DNA of 64,000 nucleotides from an uncultured delta proteobacterium (GCA_963851365.1 CAWKPA010000003.1:64390-128389), one strand, 5' to 3'. Positions 30,622-40,184 are shown, counted from the stretch's first letter. Program-made: numbers and translations. Notes: a model not told the origin generated them from the sequence alone.

Positions 30622-31257
30622 TCAGGGCGCCACGGCCAAGTGCGCGGTCTTGGCCGTCGCTTCGGCCACGGCGGCCGCCGGCGCGATGTGCTGGAGGTAG
30701 ACGCTCGTCGTGTGCAGCGAGCGGTGCCCGAGGAGCTGTTGGATCGCGTTCAGCGACGTCCCGCTCTGCACCTGGGCAAGCGCCCAGCCGTGGCGGAGGC
30801 CGTGCGGGTGGACGCGCTTCTCGATGCCGGCTTTCGCCGCGAGCCGCTTGCAGAGCGTCCTGACGTAGGAGTCCCACAGCGGCTCGCCGCGGAGCGTGCA
30901 AAAGAGCGGATGCCGACCCGTGAGCCGGAGCCGCTTCCGGCAGTCGAGCCAGCGGTCTACCGCCTCGGCCGCGTCGCTGGGCAGCGGCGCCGTGCGCGCC
31001 TTGTCGCCCTTCCCGTGGAGGATGCGGAGCGAGCCACCTGCGGGGTCGAGGTCTTTCGGAAAGAGCGCCAGCGCCTCCGAGATGCGCAGCCCGCTCCTGA
31101 ACAGCACAGCCAACAGGGCGCGGTTGCGGATGCCGGTCGGCGCACGCCGCGAGCAGGCGGCACGGAGCGCCTCGACGTCGGCGAGGCCGAGCGGTTCGGC
31201 GGGGAAGCGGCGGGTCGGTTTCTTCCGTCGGGGCGCGGGGGTGCGTTTCCTGGGCAT
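30622..31257 (-). CDS. tyrosine recombinase (XerD-like small integrase)
   Basis: 211 aa: RNRALLAVLFRSGLRISEALALFPKDLD...ILHGKGDKARTAPL...HPHGLRHGWALAQVQSGTSLNAIQQLLGHRSLHTTSVYL. It carries the R, K, H-x-x-R, H and Y catalytic residues. Confidence 0.8.
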   Translation of the reverse strand: MPRKRTPAPRRKKPTRRFPAEPLGLADVEALRAACSRRAPTGIRNRALLAVLFRSGLRISEALALFPKDLDPAGGSLRILHGKGDKARTAPLPSDAAEAVDRWLDCRKRLRLTGRHPLFCTLRGEPLWDSYVRTLCKRLAAKAGIEKRVHPHGLRHGWALAQVQSGTSLNAIQQLLGHRSLHTTSVYLQHIAPAAAVAEATAKTAHLAVAP

Positions 31258-31356
31258 CGGGCCTCTCTTGCGAGCTGAGTGTCGGTTCTCCTTCGTTTCG
31301 ACACTCTATGGGGCGTCTACACCCGCTCGGGCCGACTGCGCAAGAGAAACGACACT

Positions 31357-33154
31357 CTATGGCGTTGATCGGGGCTGCGGGTTCTCTTGCCCGGTGTCCA
31401 CCGTCGGCGCCGGTACCGGCGGCACGGCGGATGCGGCCGGACACCGGCCAGCCGGGCGGGGCCGGCGTGACCCCGCCCCTACGGCGGACCCGGTCTGCGG
31501 GGATCGGCGCAGAGACCTCGCACGCGGGCACGCCGCGTCCCAGTCACTCAGGCGCCGGGTCCAACCACCACAGCCAATGTCCGCGGCCGTGACGAGCAGG
31601 TGGCGCAGGGCACAGCGCGTGCCGCCACTCCGATCCCGCGTGAGGGAGCTGCAGTCGGCACACGTCAGGCGGTCCTGGGAGTCGAGGTCGAACGGCAGCG
31701 CGTTCCGAAGCTGCCGATCATACGGGCGCAGCACCTGGCCGACGGCCTCGCTCGGGTCCCCCATCAACAGCAACTGGCTCGTCACCGGGCGAGCCAACGC
31801 CAGCATGACCGCCTCCGCCCGATCCGGGCTCTTCACGCCGCGCTTCCGGGCGTCCTCCTTGCGTTCGATCTCGATCTGGCCGCGCGCGGTGTGCCGGTAG
31901 CGGATGCCGGCCAACTGCGCGATGGTGCGCTCGTCGGTCAGCCCGGCGACGTCGCCGTCCTGGAAGCGCGTGCCGGAGCCCCCAGTAGAGCTCGGCCTTG
32001 AGGTTCGCGATACCGCTCGCGATCGCTCGACCGCTCGCCGACGTTCACGAAGCGCACGGGGTAGCCCAGATCTTCCAGATGCTTGGCGAAGTAGTGCCCG
32101 ATCCCGGCGACGTCGACGTTCACGGCCTCCAAGGCGGTCGCCGATAGGGGGCCAGGGTGGCGGCGACGGCGCCCCGAGGGTCGGCCTTGCCCACGCCTGC
32201 AACGTCGAGGATCGCCCGGCCTCCGCGAGTCACGAGCACGGTTTCGTCCTCGCCCGGACCCGCCACGTCCAGGCCCGCCGTACAGCCGGCCCGCCGCAGT
32301 CGGCACGCTGGCCGGCGGGCCGCCTCGTCGAGCCAGGCGAGCGAGATCAGGGCATCGTCGGCCTGCGTCGGGAACTGCCCGAGGACGCGCGCCTCCCAAG
32401 CGGGTGACCTGGCCCCCATTCCGCATACTTCTCCCGCACCCAGCGGCGCGTGACGAGGTAGGGACGGGGGCAGTCATCCAGCGCGGGATCGGAGCAGGGC
32501 GAGCGACTCGTCGAGGTTCAGCCCGGCGAGATTCGGACTGTCGAACGCGGAGATCGTGAACGTGCACCAGCCGTCCCGGTTGCTCGTGAAGGCGTCGTAG
32601 AACGGCCCGCTCGCGATCGTCGGGTTCCCGAGCGCGAGCACGCGCACGTCGCCGCCCGCGCGAATGCCCTCGATCGCCTCCCAGATCTCGGCCTTCACCC
32701 CCGGCGCCTCATCGACGACGATGAGGATGCGGCCATGGAAGCCCTGAAACCGCACGCCCTCGTTCGTGGACAGGCCGATGGCGTAGTTGCCGGGGCCGAT
32801 CCGCAGTTCGGTCTTGTTCAGCGGCGGAAAGGCGATGCGGCTGGCCTGCGCGGCGCGGTGAATCTCGCCCCACAGCAGCTTCTCCACCTGCGTCCACGTC
32901 GGCGCCGTCGTGACGACGACGCCGTCCCGGTAGCGGGTCACGAACCAGAGGACGGCCAGGGCGGCGACGAAGGTCTTGCCGCTCGCATGGCACGCCTTGA
33001 CGGCGGTGCGGGGCCGGCGCGCCACCGCACGGAGGATGGCCTCCTGGAGGGGCCAGACGTTCTGGCAGAGCAGGCCGCGGGCGAACCGGACCGGGTCGCA
33101 CACGACGGCCGCGAGGGCGGCGGCCTCGTCAGCCTGTCCCGGCGCGCTCGGCAT
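31357..33154 (-). CDS. phage terminase large subunit (prophage remnant); split over three or more frames
   Basis: N-terminal ATPase domain with P-loop VKACHASGKTFVAALAV (ORF 32474-33679). C-terminal nuclease-domain segments VLVTRGGRAILDVAGVGKADPRG (32120-32419) and ...RKEDARKRGVKSPDRAEAVMLALA (31357-32202). Confidence 0.6.
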
Positions 33155-33471
33155 CCGCCACCACCGCCTGGACGAGCGTCGAGCGACAACGTCTCGCCGT
33201 CCTTCCCCGCTAGCTCCAGCCCCTGCGTGGGCCTGCCGAAGCCGCGATCGGCGAGCCAGGTGGCCGCCTCGAGGCGGTCGCGCAGCTTCACGCCTTCGAC
33301 CTCGCCCCGGAAGACGCGCACGACGAACGCGACCAGCTCCTCCCCCTCGCGCGTCTGCGCGCGGATGGCGCTGACGATGCCCTTGGGGCGACCGCCGGGG
33401 TTCCCGGAGTGCCCCTTCGGGAACGGGCGCCCCGGGCCCCGGCGCGCTGTTTCGGCGCTGTTTTGAGCCAA
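33154..33471 (-). CDS. DUF5681-like small phage protein (putative terminase small subunit / packaging partner)
   Basis: MAQNSAETARRGPGRPFPKGHSGNPGGRPKG is the characteristic N-terminal motif of DUF5681 proteins, which precede terminase large subunits. The 3' end is uncertain because the ORF runs out of frame into the terminase gene. Confidence 0.5.
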
Positions 33472-33602
33472 CTGGCCCCCCGTACGCGATCACAAGCATA
33501 GGCGAAAACAACGCGAAACTCCAGAGGACGTACAAAGCACCGAGGTCCTTCGCAGGGGGAGGTGTTTCGGAGCCACCAGCCGGTGGAACACGCCGAAGCT
33601 TG

Positions 33603-33747
33603 AGCGTGTAGAACCCGCTTCGACGGTAGCCTCGCCGGTGCCCGACCGCTGGGCAAAGGACGCCGTGATCCGTGGTCACAACGCCCCCCTGAACCGGCCA
33701 AAGCCCGGCTAAAGCGTAAGATTCAGCCGTAAGTACTTGAATCTACG
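33603..33747. repeat. ~145-bp imperfect direct repeat (copy B), about 90% identical to the sequence immediately 3' of tRNA-Ser
   Basis: agcgtgtagaacccgcttcgacggtagcctcgccggtgcccgaccgctgggcaaaggacgccgtgatccgtggtcacaacg...cttgaatctacg is paralogous to 35097-35241. It lacks the tRNA 3' segment. Confidence 0.7.
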
Positions 33748-33762
33748 CGCAGGACAGCGGAG

Positions 33763-34718
33763 ATGGGCGAGTGGAGCTTCCCGACCTGGCAGACCGCGCC
33801 TTGCAATTGGCCAGACGTCCCCGCACCAGTTCTTCACCTCATGCCTTCCTCGCCGCCGGACGGGTCGTTCCACGTTCCGGACGACCATGACTCAGCCATC
33901 CTGAGAGTTGCCGACCCGCTACTCGACGAGGTCGTGAACTTTGGCTTGGTACTCCACGGGCGGGTTTCCAACGTCCCCGGCCAGCAGGAGCACCACTTGG
34001 CCGTGCACTTTCTCTACCGACGAAACTTCTGGATCTCACCGACGCCTTCCGCCTCCTCGCGCGGGAGTTTGCTGCAGGTCCGGGCAGACTTCAGCTCCGG
34101 GCGGTTTTCGAAGCGGTCCTGGGCCTTGAGTGGATCGCGAGCGAGAATTCGGAGTGTCGCGGCATCGCATACCTCGTCGGGGACACCCTAACGCAGCTCG
34201 CTTTCTGGGACAGAATCATCGAATCGTCTATCGGGAACAAGCTGCCGGAGACTTTCTCGACTATGATGGCCACTGTGACTGCGAGGCTGGAGCGGCCAGG
34301 GTGGGCGGAGGCGTATCAGGAGTTCATCGCCGAGCGTGGTCGGCAGCGGAAGAGGCCACGCCCTCGATGGTGGCCGCCTTGGTACTCGCTCGGCGGTGGC
34401 CCGTCCGATATCGCAGGGCTCGCCGCTCGTTGCGGGCGATCGGGCGACTACGACCGACTCTACAGACACTGGTCACAGGCCACTCACGCGGTTGACGTCG
34501 TGTGGCAGATGAAGCCAACGGGCGATGGACTCCGTCCGCTTCGCTCTCCGATTCTCTTAGCCCCCGCCGTAAGTCTCGCCGTCGAATTCGCCACCAACGC
34601 GATGAAGTTGACGCTCCACTCGTTCGGATTGTCAGACAGGGAGGCTATTGTCCAAGAGTGGCTGGTGCGCGAAGGGATCAACGCCCGACTCTCAACTGCT
34701 CGAGTCAATGGCGCCTGA
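33763..34718 (+). CDS. hypothetical protein (about 318 aa if the two frames are joined near 34020)
   Basis: ORFs 33763-34191 and (34020)-34718 join into one plausible protein (...FEAVLGLEWIASENSECRGIAYLVGDTLTQLAFWDRIIES...HWSQATHAVDVVWQMKP...). No family recognised. GC is lower than the surroundings. Confidence 0.3.
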
Positions 34719-35096
34719 CGTAACGTAAATCCTGGACTCCACACGAGGCCGTCAGTCGCGACTTTGCTCGCCGTCCGCGCGGCACCGCGCGGCGCTCGAG
34801 GCCGAGGTCGCGAAGCACACCCTGGAGGTGGTTCGCGAGCGCCGTCCGCTCCTTCACAACGGGCAGCACAGACTTCGTCTTCAAGTTCACCAGCGACCTC
34901 TGCGCGAGCAACCACGCGTCGAGGGAATCGAGGAGCAGCTTGGTTCCGCACCGCCATCTCGACGAGTTGCTGCTGCGCCGTCGAGGGGTTGCCACCGAGG
35001 TCGCGGATCAGCTCGGCCCGCCAGGCGGCCAGCTACTTACCGAGGGTGGTTCGGCGATCGATCACCCTCGGCCCGAGCTGTCGTAGCGTCGCCTTT

Positions 35097-35241
35097 AGCG
35101 TGCAGAGACCCGCTGCGACGATAGCCGCGCCGGCGCCCGACCACCGGGCCAAGGACGCCGTGATCCGTGGTCACAACACCCCCCGAGCCGGCCAAAGCCC
35201 GGCCAAAGCATAAGCTTCAGCCGTAAGTGCTTGAATCTACG
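35097..35241. repeat. ~145-bp direct repeat (copy C) abutting the 3' end of tRNA-Ser
   Basis: Paralogous to 33603-33747. Its tRNA-proximal ~30 bp also resemble the bases left of the 27-bp att copy at 6440-6467. Confidence 0.7.
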
Positions 35242-35243
35242 AG

Positions 35244-35330
35244 CGGAGGGGGGGAGATTCGAACTCCCGAGGACTTGCGCCCTGGCGGTTTTCAAGACCG
35301 CTGCCTTAAACCGGACTCGGCCACCCCTCC
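35244..35330 (-). tRNA. tRNA-Ser (anticodon UGA), class II with long variable arm
   Basis: Minus-strand sequence GGAGGGGTGGCCGAGTCCGGTTTAAGGCA GCGGT CTTGAAA ACCGC CAGGGCGCAAGTCCTCG GGGAG TTCGAAT CTCCC CCCCTCC G. Acceptor stem 7 bp, D-arm GCCGAG..AAGGC, anticodon stem 5 bp with loop CTTGAAA (TGA), T-loop TTCGAAT. Coordinates may be off by 1. Confidence 0.85.
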
Positions 35331-35465
35331 GGGGGAGAGCGGCAAGACGCCACGTTCCGGTGTCGGCTTAGCACGCCGCCCGGCGATTGTAACGCGGCCG
35401 CCGTCTGGTCGACCGCCGCGTGCTGCGTGCGGCGCATCGCCGCATGCGCACTGCCGCGCCGGCGC

Positions 35466-36335
35466 TCACGCCCCCGCCAGCAGCGCCCGCAACTCCTCCT
35501 CCTCCACCACGTACCGGGCGCTGCAGAACTCGCAGGTCGCCTCGGCGCGACGCTCCGACGCCAGGACGTCCTCGATCTCCGCGCGCCCCATGGCGAGGAT
35601 GGCCGTGTCCACGCGCTCCCGGCTGCAGCGGCAGCGGAAGCGGACCTCGCGCTCCTCGAGCAGCGCCACCCCCTCGCCCGCCACGGCGTGGAGAATGCCC
35701 ACCGGGCCGAGTCCGTCGCGCACCAACTGCGACGGCGCGGCGGCGCGATCGACGCGGTCGGCGACGTCGTCCAGCGCCTCCTGCGTCACGCCGGGTAGGC
35801 CCTGCACCAGATAGCCGCCGGCGGCGACGACGCGGCCGTCGCCGTCCACGTAGACGCCCACCCCCACCGCCGCGGGCGTCTGCTCCGACGACCGCAGGTA
35901 TTCGGCCAGGTCGGCGCCGATCTCGCCCGAGGCCAGCGGGACCACGCTGCGGTAGAGCTGTCCGCCGGCGATCGGCACGCGCATGACGCAAAGCACGCCC
36001 TCCCCCAGCGCGCCGCCGACGTCGAGCTTTCCCGCGCGCGGCGGCAGGTGCGTCGCCGGGCGCGTCACGAACCCGCGCACGTCGCCGTCGGGCGTGGCGT
36101 CCACCAGCACGCCGCGGAGCGGACCGTCGCCGCTGAACTCGAGCGACAGCCGCTCGTCGCGCTTGATCGTCGCCGCCAGCAGCAGGGCGCCGGTGAGCGC
36201 GCGGCCCAGCGCCGCCGTGGCGGTCGGGGCGGTCCCGTGTCGCCGGCGCGCCTCCTCCACCAGATCCGTGGTGACGGCGGCCAGCACGCGCACGGTGCCG
36301 TCGTGCGCCAGCGCGCGGGCCAGCCGGTCAGCCAC
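35466..36335 (-). CDS. hslO: Hsp33 redox-regulated chaperone
   Basis: 289 aa. C-terminal zinc centre CRCSRERV...CEFCSARY. The N-terminal domain is conserved. Confidence 0.9.
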   Translation of the reverse strand: MADRLARALAHDGTVRVLAAVTTDLVEEARRRHGTAPTATAALGRALTGALLLAATIKRDERLSLEFSGDGPLRGVLVDATPDGDVRGFVTRPATHLPPRAGKLDVGGALGEGVLCVMRVPIAGGQLYRSVVPLASGEIGADLAEYLRSSEQTPAAVGVGVYVDGDGRVVAAGGYLVQGLPGVTQEALDDVADRVDRAAAPSQLVRDGLGPVGILHAVAGEGVALLEEREVRFRCRCSRERVDTAILAMGRAEIEDVLASERRAEATCEFCSARYVVEEEELRALLAGA

Positions 36336-38013
36336 GTTCGGCGCCCGCGGCGTCGCGCAGGCCGGCCGCGAACTCGTCGGCCGGCACGAACCCGATGAAG
36401 CGACGGCGCTCGCGACCGTCGGGACCGAGGAGAACGTACGTCGGCACGCCGGGCACCTGCCAGCGCGTCATCAGCGCTTCCGCGGCCGCGTCCTGCTCGG
36501 TGACGTCGGCCTTCAGCGTGGCGAAGTGCCGCGCCGCGTGCACCACGTCGGGATCGCGGAACGTCGTCCGTTCCATTTCGCGGCACGGCAGGCACCAGGC
36601 CGCCTGGAAGTCGATCAGCACCGGCTGGCCACCGTCCGTCGCCTGCGCGAGCGCCTGCTCCGAGAACGGCGCCCAGGCGAGCCCGCTCTCGGGCTCGCGC
36701 GCCGTCAGCCCCGCCAGCCCGACCACGATGGCCCCGACGCCCGCGGTCCGCCGGAACCACCGGTAGCCCACCGGCTCGCCCTCCACCGCGCCGAGGAAGC
36801 CGAGCACGATACCCGCCACCACCAGCAGCGCGGTCCACAGCCCCTGCACGGCGACGGCCGGCAGCAGCGGCGTGACGAAGTGGAGCGCGATGCCCAGCAG
36901 CACGAAGCCGAAGAGCCGCTCCACCCAGATCAGCCAGGCGCCCCCGCGCGGCAGCCGGCGCAACCGACCGGCGACCGCCGCCAGCGCCAGGTAGGGCAGC
37001 CCGAGGCCCAGCCCCAGCGTGAAGAACAGCGCGAAACCCAGCGTGGCCGACTGCTGCGCGCCCACGTAGAGCAGGAGCGCCGCCACGATGGGTCCGATGC
37101 ACGGCGCCCCGACCACGCCCATGGTGAGCCCCATGAAGAACGCGCCGAAGGCGCCCTCGCCGCCCCGGCCGGCCGCCTGCATCAGCGCGGCCGGCATGCG
37201 GAGCTGGTAGAGGCCGAAGTTCGACAGCGCCAGCGCCACCATGAGCAACGCGATGCCCCACAGCACGGCCGGTTGCTGCATGGCGGCGCCAAAGAGGGAG
37301 CCGGTGAGCGCCGCGGCGACGCCCAGCAGGGAGAACGTGAGGCAGATGCCCAGCACGTAGAGCAGCGCGTGGCCGAGCCGCGTGCTCTCGGCCGCGGTGC
37401 GGCCGCCGAAGAACGCCACCGTGACCGAGATCATCGGGTACACGCACGGCGTGAGGTTGAGCGCGAGACCGAGCAGGCCCACCCACAGGAACGTGGCGCC
37501 CCAGCCCCAGCGCGCGACGAAGTCGGCGACGGCGTTGCCCTGCACGCCGGCCGCGGCCGGACCGCCCCCACCGGAGGTCAGCTCCACCGAGCGCGGCGGC
37601 AGGCAGGTGGTGTCGTCGCACGCCTGGTAGCGGAGCGTCGCGCGCAGCGGCGCGTCCGGGTCGGCGGGCGTGCCGCCGAGCGGCGCCGCGAGGTGCAGCG
37701 TCCCCTCGTAGAGGAGCAGCGGCGCACCGGGCGAGAACGCCAGCGTGCGCTCCACCGGCGCGGGCCAGGCGACGGCGCCGACGGTCCTGCCGGGAGGCGG
37801 CGCGAACGCCAGCGTGGTGGGGATCAGGAACTCGTCACGCGGCTGGTGCGCGTTCACATGCCAGCCTGGCTCGATGACGACCTCCACGACGGCTTCGGTC
37901 GCGGTGGTGCGCAGCGTGGCGCGCAACGGCTCCTGGGCGGCACGCGCGACCACGGCCGCCACCACGACGAGCAGTGCCGGCAGCAGCCGGCCGGTAGACC
38001 GCGCCAGCGTCAC
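36328..38013 (-). CDS. dsbD: thiol:disulfide interchange protein DsbD (DsbD-alpha domain + CcdA-like membrane core + C-terminal thioredoxin)
   Basis: Signal peptide, then the N-domain with CDDTTC, the membrane core with LTPCVYPMI and GAPCIGP, and the C-terminal thioredoxin WCLPC. A GTG start overlaps the ribBA stop. The 3' end overlaps the hslO start. Confidence 0.85.
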   Translation of the reverse strand: MTLARSTGRLLPALLVVVAAVVARAAQEPLRATLRTTATEAVVEVVIEPGWHVNAHQPRDEFLIPTTLAFAPPPGRTVGAVAWPAPVERTLAFSPGAPLLLYEGTLHLAAPLGGTPADPDAPLRATLRYQACDDTTCLPPRSVELTSGGGGPAAAGVQGNAVADFVARWGWGATFLWVGLLGLALNLTPCVYPMISVTVAFFGGRTAAESTRLGHALLYVLGICLTFSLLGVAAALTGSLFGAAMQQPAVLWGIALLMVALALSNFGLYQLRMPAALMQAAGRGGEGAFGAFFMGLTMGVVGAPCIGPIVAALLLYVGAQQSATLGFALFFTLGLGLGLPYLALAAVAGRLRRLPRGGAWLIWVERLFGFVLLGIALHFVTPLLPAVAVQGLWTALLVVAGIVLGFLGAVEGEPVGYRWFRRTAGVGAIVVGLAGLTAREPESGLAWAPFSEQALAQATDGGQPVLIDFQAAWCLPCREMERTTFRDPDVVHAARHFATLKADVTEQDAAAEALMTRWQVPGVPTYVLLGPDGRERRRFIGFVPADEFAAGLRDAAGAERG

Positions 38014-39206
38014 GTGCCGCGCAGCGGGACGACCTTGGTCGCCCCGGGCTCCTCCGGGCGCGCGCCCGCATCGTCGCTGAGCGGCACCCACTCGACGATC
38101 TCGAGGCCGTACCCGGGCAGACTCACCAGCCTGAGCGGGTTGTTGGTGAGCCAACGGATCTTGCGGACTCCGATGTCGCGGAGGATCTGCGCGCCGATCC
38201 CGAAATCGCGGAAGATGCTGGAGCGCGGCGACGCGAAGCCGGTGCTGGGCGCGGCGGGGCTGCCGGCCTCCGGCACGTCGAAGACGTCGACGCCGCGGCC
38301 CGGGCGCCGCAGATAGAGGATCACGCCGCGCCCCTCGGCGGCGATGCGCTCCATCGAGCGGTGGAGCAGCGTGCGCGTGTCGCGCGGCGCGTAGCCGAAG
38401 ATGTCGCCGGGCAGGTATTCCAGGTGCGGGCGCACCAGGACGGGTTCGGGACCCGTGACGTCGCCCTTCACCAGCACCAGGTGCTCGTTGTCGTCGATGT
38501 CGGTAGTGTAGACGAGCGCCCGGAACTGCCCGCCGTAGATGGTGGCGAGCGGCGCCTCCGCGGCGCAGTGCACCAGCTTGTCGTGCTGGCTGCGGTACGC
38601 GATCAGGTCCGCGATGGTGGCGATCTTGAAACCGTGCCGGCGGGCGTAGCCCTCCAGATCGGGGAGGCGCGCCATCGCGCCGTCCTCGCGCATGATCTCG
38701 CAGATGACGCCGGCGGGCGCGAGCCCGGCCAGCCGCGCCATGTCGACGGCGCCTTCGGTCTGACCCGCCCGCACCAGCACGCCACCGCGGCGGGCCCGCA
38801 GCGGGAAGACGTGGCCCGGCGTGACGACGTCGGCGGAGCTGGCGTCCGGCCGGATGGCCGTGCGGATGGTGGCGGCGCGCGCGGCGGCGGAGATGCCGCG
38901 GCCCAGACCGTTCCGCGCGTCGATCGACACCGTGAACGCGGTACCGAGCGGGGAGCGGTTCTCGCGCACCATCATGGGCAGCCCGAGTCGGTCGCACTGG
39001 CTTTGCGTGAGCGACAGGCAGATCAGGCCGCGGCCGTGAGTGGCCATGAAGTTGATGTGCTCGGGCGTGACGCGGTCGGCGGCGACGAGGAGATCGCCCT
39101 CGTTCTCGCGATCCTCGTCGTCCATGAGGATGATCATCCGCCCGGCGCGGATCTCGTCGAGCGCCTCCTCGATGGGGACGATGCTGGAGCCGGAACGCCT
39201 GGGCAT
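38010..39206 (-). CDS. ribBA: bifunctional 3,4-dihydroxy-2-butanone-4-phosphate synthase / GTP cyclohydrolase II
   Basis: 398 aa. DHBP synthase region (MDDEDRENEGDLLVAADRVTPEHINFMATHGRGLICL) and GTP cyclohydrolase II region (LVKGDV...VLVRPHLEYLPGDIFGY...GRG). Confidence 0.95.
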   Translation of the reverse strand: MPRRSGSSIVPIEEALDEIRAGRMIILMDDEDRENEGDLLVAADRVTPEHINFMATHGRGLICLSLTQSQCDRLGLPMMVRENRSPLGTAFTVSIDARNGLGRGISAAARAATIRTAIRPDASSADVVTPGHVFPLRARRGGVLVRAGQTEGAVDMARLAGLAPAGVICEIMREDGAMARLPDLEGYARRHGFKIATIADLIAYRSQHDKLVHCAAEAPLATIYGGQFRALVYTTDIDDNEHLVLVKGDVTGPEPVLVRPHLEYLPGDIFGYAPRDTRTLLHRSMERIAAEGRGVILYLRRPGRGVDVFDVPEAGSPAAPSTGFASPRSSIFRDFGIGAQILRDIGVRKIRWLTNNPLRLVSLPGYGLEIVEWVPLSDDAGARPEEPGATKVVPLRGT

Positions 39207-39303
39207 CTGTCCGGAGGATACCGCCGCCCCCCGGGCGAGGCCAGCGGCGAGGCCGGGGCCACCGCCAGAACCTTCGCGGGTCGATGGTGGGCGGACTGAC
39301 GGG

Positions 39304-39558
39304 TCAGTCGGCGGGCGCGGAGCGCGGGCGCGCGCCGTCGGACCCGAGGGGTGGCGCGAACGGCGGCGCCACGTTCGACCGCCGCATCAGCATCCAGCCG
39401 GCGCCGCCGATCGCCCCCATGACGGCGAACGGCAGGAGCGAGAGGACGAGCGTGCTCCACCAGTAGGCGCGCAGGCTGGCGGCCTCGTTGCCGAAGCAGA
39501 CCGGGCAAGCCTGGGCGCCGGTAGCCGCCGCGACCAGCAGCGCGACGACGACCCTCAC
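39304..39558 (-). CDS. small single-pass membrane protein with CPVC motif, hypothetical (cytochrome-oxidase-associated)
   Basis: About 84 aa: VRVVVALLVAAATGAQACPVCFGNEAASLRAYWWSTLVLSLLPFAVMGAIGG. A GTG start overlaps the stop of the upstream subunit-III-like gene (GTGA). Confidence 0.3.
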   Translation of the reverse strand: MRVVVALLVAAATGAQACPVCFGNEAASLRAYWWSTLVLSLLPFAVMGAIGGAGWMLMRRSNVAPPFAPPLGSDGARPRSAPAD

Positions 39559-40184
39559 CACAAGTACACCAGGGTGTAGAGGATCGGCCAGATGCCGACC
39601 ACGAAGAACCAGTAGAGACCGACCGCGGTCGTCACCGGCTCCAGCCGGTCGGTGAGCTTCCCCTGCCAGACCAGCAGCCAGGCGACCAGCAAGGTGAGGA
39701 CACCACCGAGCACGTGGACGCCATGCACGCCGATCAGCGCGGAGAAGAGTCCGCCGTAGATGCCCGGGGAGATCGCCAGGCCGTGGCCGACCAGCCGGAC
39801 CCACTCGACCCCCTGCACCAGCAGGAAGAGCGCGCCCAGGCCCGCCGTGACGCCGATCCAACGCTCGACCTCCGACTCGACGCCGCGCCGTGCCGCCCGC
39901 AGCGCGCGCCACATGGTCCAGCCGCTCGCCAGCAGCACCACGGTGTTGATCGCGGTGATCCCGACCGGGAACCGTGGCTGCCCGGGGGGCGGCCACTCCG
40001 GCACCTGCGACCGCAGCACGAGGAAGGCGCTCACCAGCCCGGCGAACAGCATCACCTCCGAACCGATGAAGAGCAGCATCCCGAAGACGGCGTTCGACGC
40101 CGTCCGTGCGGTCGCCACCGGCGGGGGCGGCGGCTCGCCCGGTCGCCTGGGACCGGGCGCGATCACGGTGAGCCTCGGTTTCAC
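39555..40184 (-). CDS. heme-copper oxidase subunit III family protein (second, short subunit-III-like)
   Basis: 209 aa, 5 predicted TM helices, HGVHVLGGV motif. Confidence 0.7.
   Translation of the reverse strand: MKPRLTVIAPGPRRPGEPPPPPVATARTASNAVFGMLLFIGSEVMLFAGLVSAFLVLRSQVPEWPPPGQPRFPVGITAINTVVLLASGWTMWRALRAARRGVESEVERWIGVTAGLGALFLLVQGVEWVRLVGHGLAISPGIYGGLFSALIGVHGVHVLGGVLTLLVAWLLVWQGKLTDRLEPVTTAVGLYWFFVVGIWPILYTLVYLW

Noticed and set aside
34705-35096. Integrase, resolvase or IS transposase for the 1.35-kb repeat-bounded segment (minus-strand fragments LAAWRAELIRDLGG..., LLLDSLDAWLLAQRSLVNLKTKSVLPVVKERTALANHLQGVLRDLGLE)
   Set aside because: The fragments do not match tyrosine or serine recombinase or common IS transposase motifs that I can recognise. 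They are left unassigned.
35983-38997. 777-aa plus-strand ORF (35983-38316), 518-aa minus-strand ORF (36065-37621), and the 889-aa extension of dsbD into ribBA
   Set aside because: Alternative-frame or antisense artefacts. dsbD and ribBA have strong homology and a clean GTG/TGA junction at 38010-38013.
39207-39300. FMN riboswitch upstream of ribBA
   Set aside because: The 95-bp upstream region lacks the conserved FMN-element core sequences and is occupied by the upstream gene's 3' end. ribBA appears translationally embedded in the cox operon.
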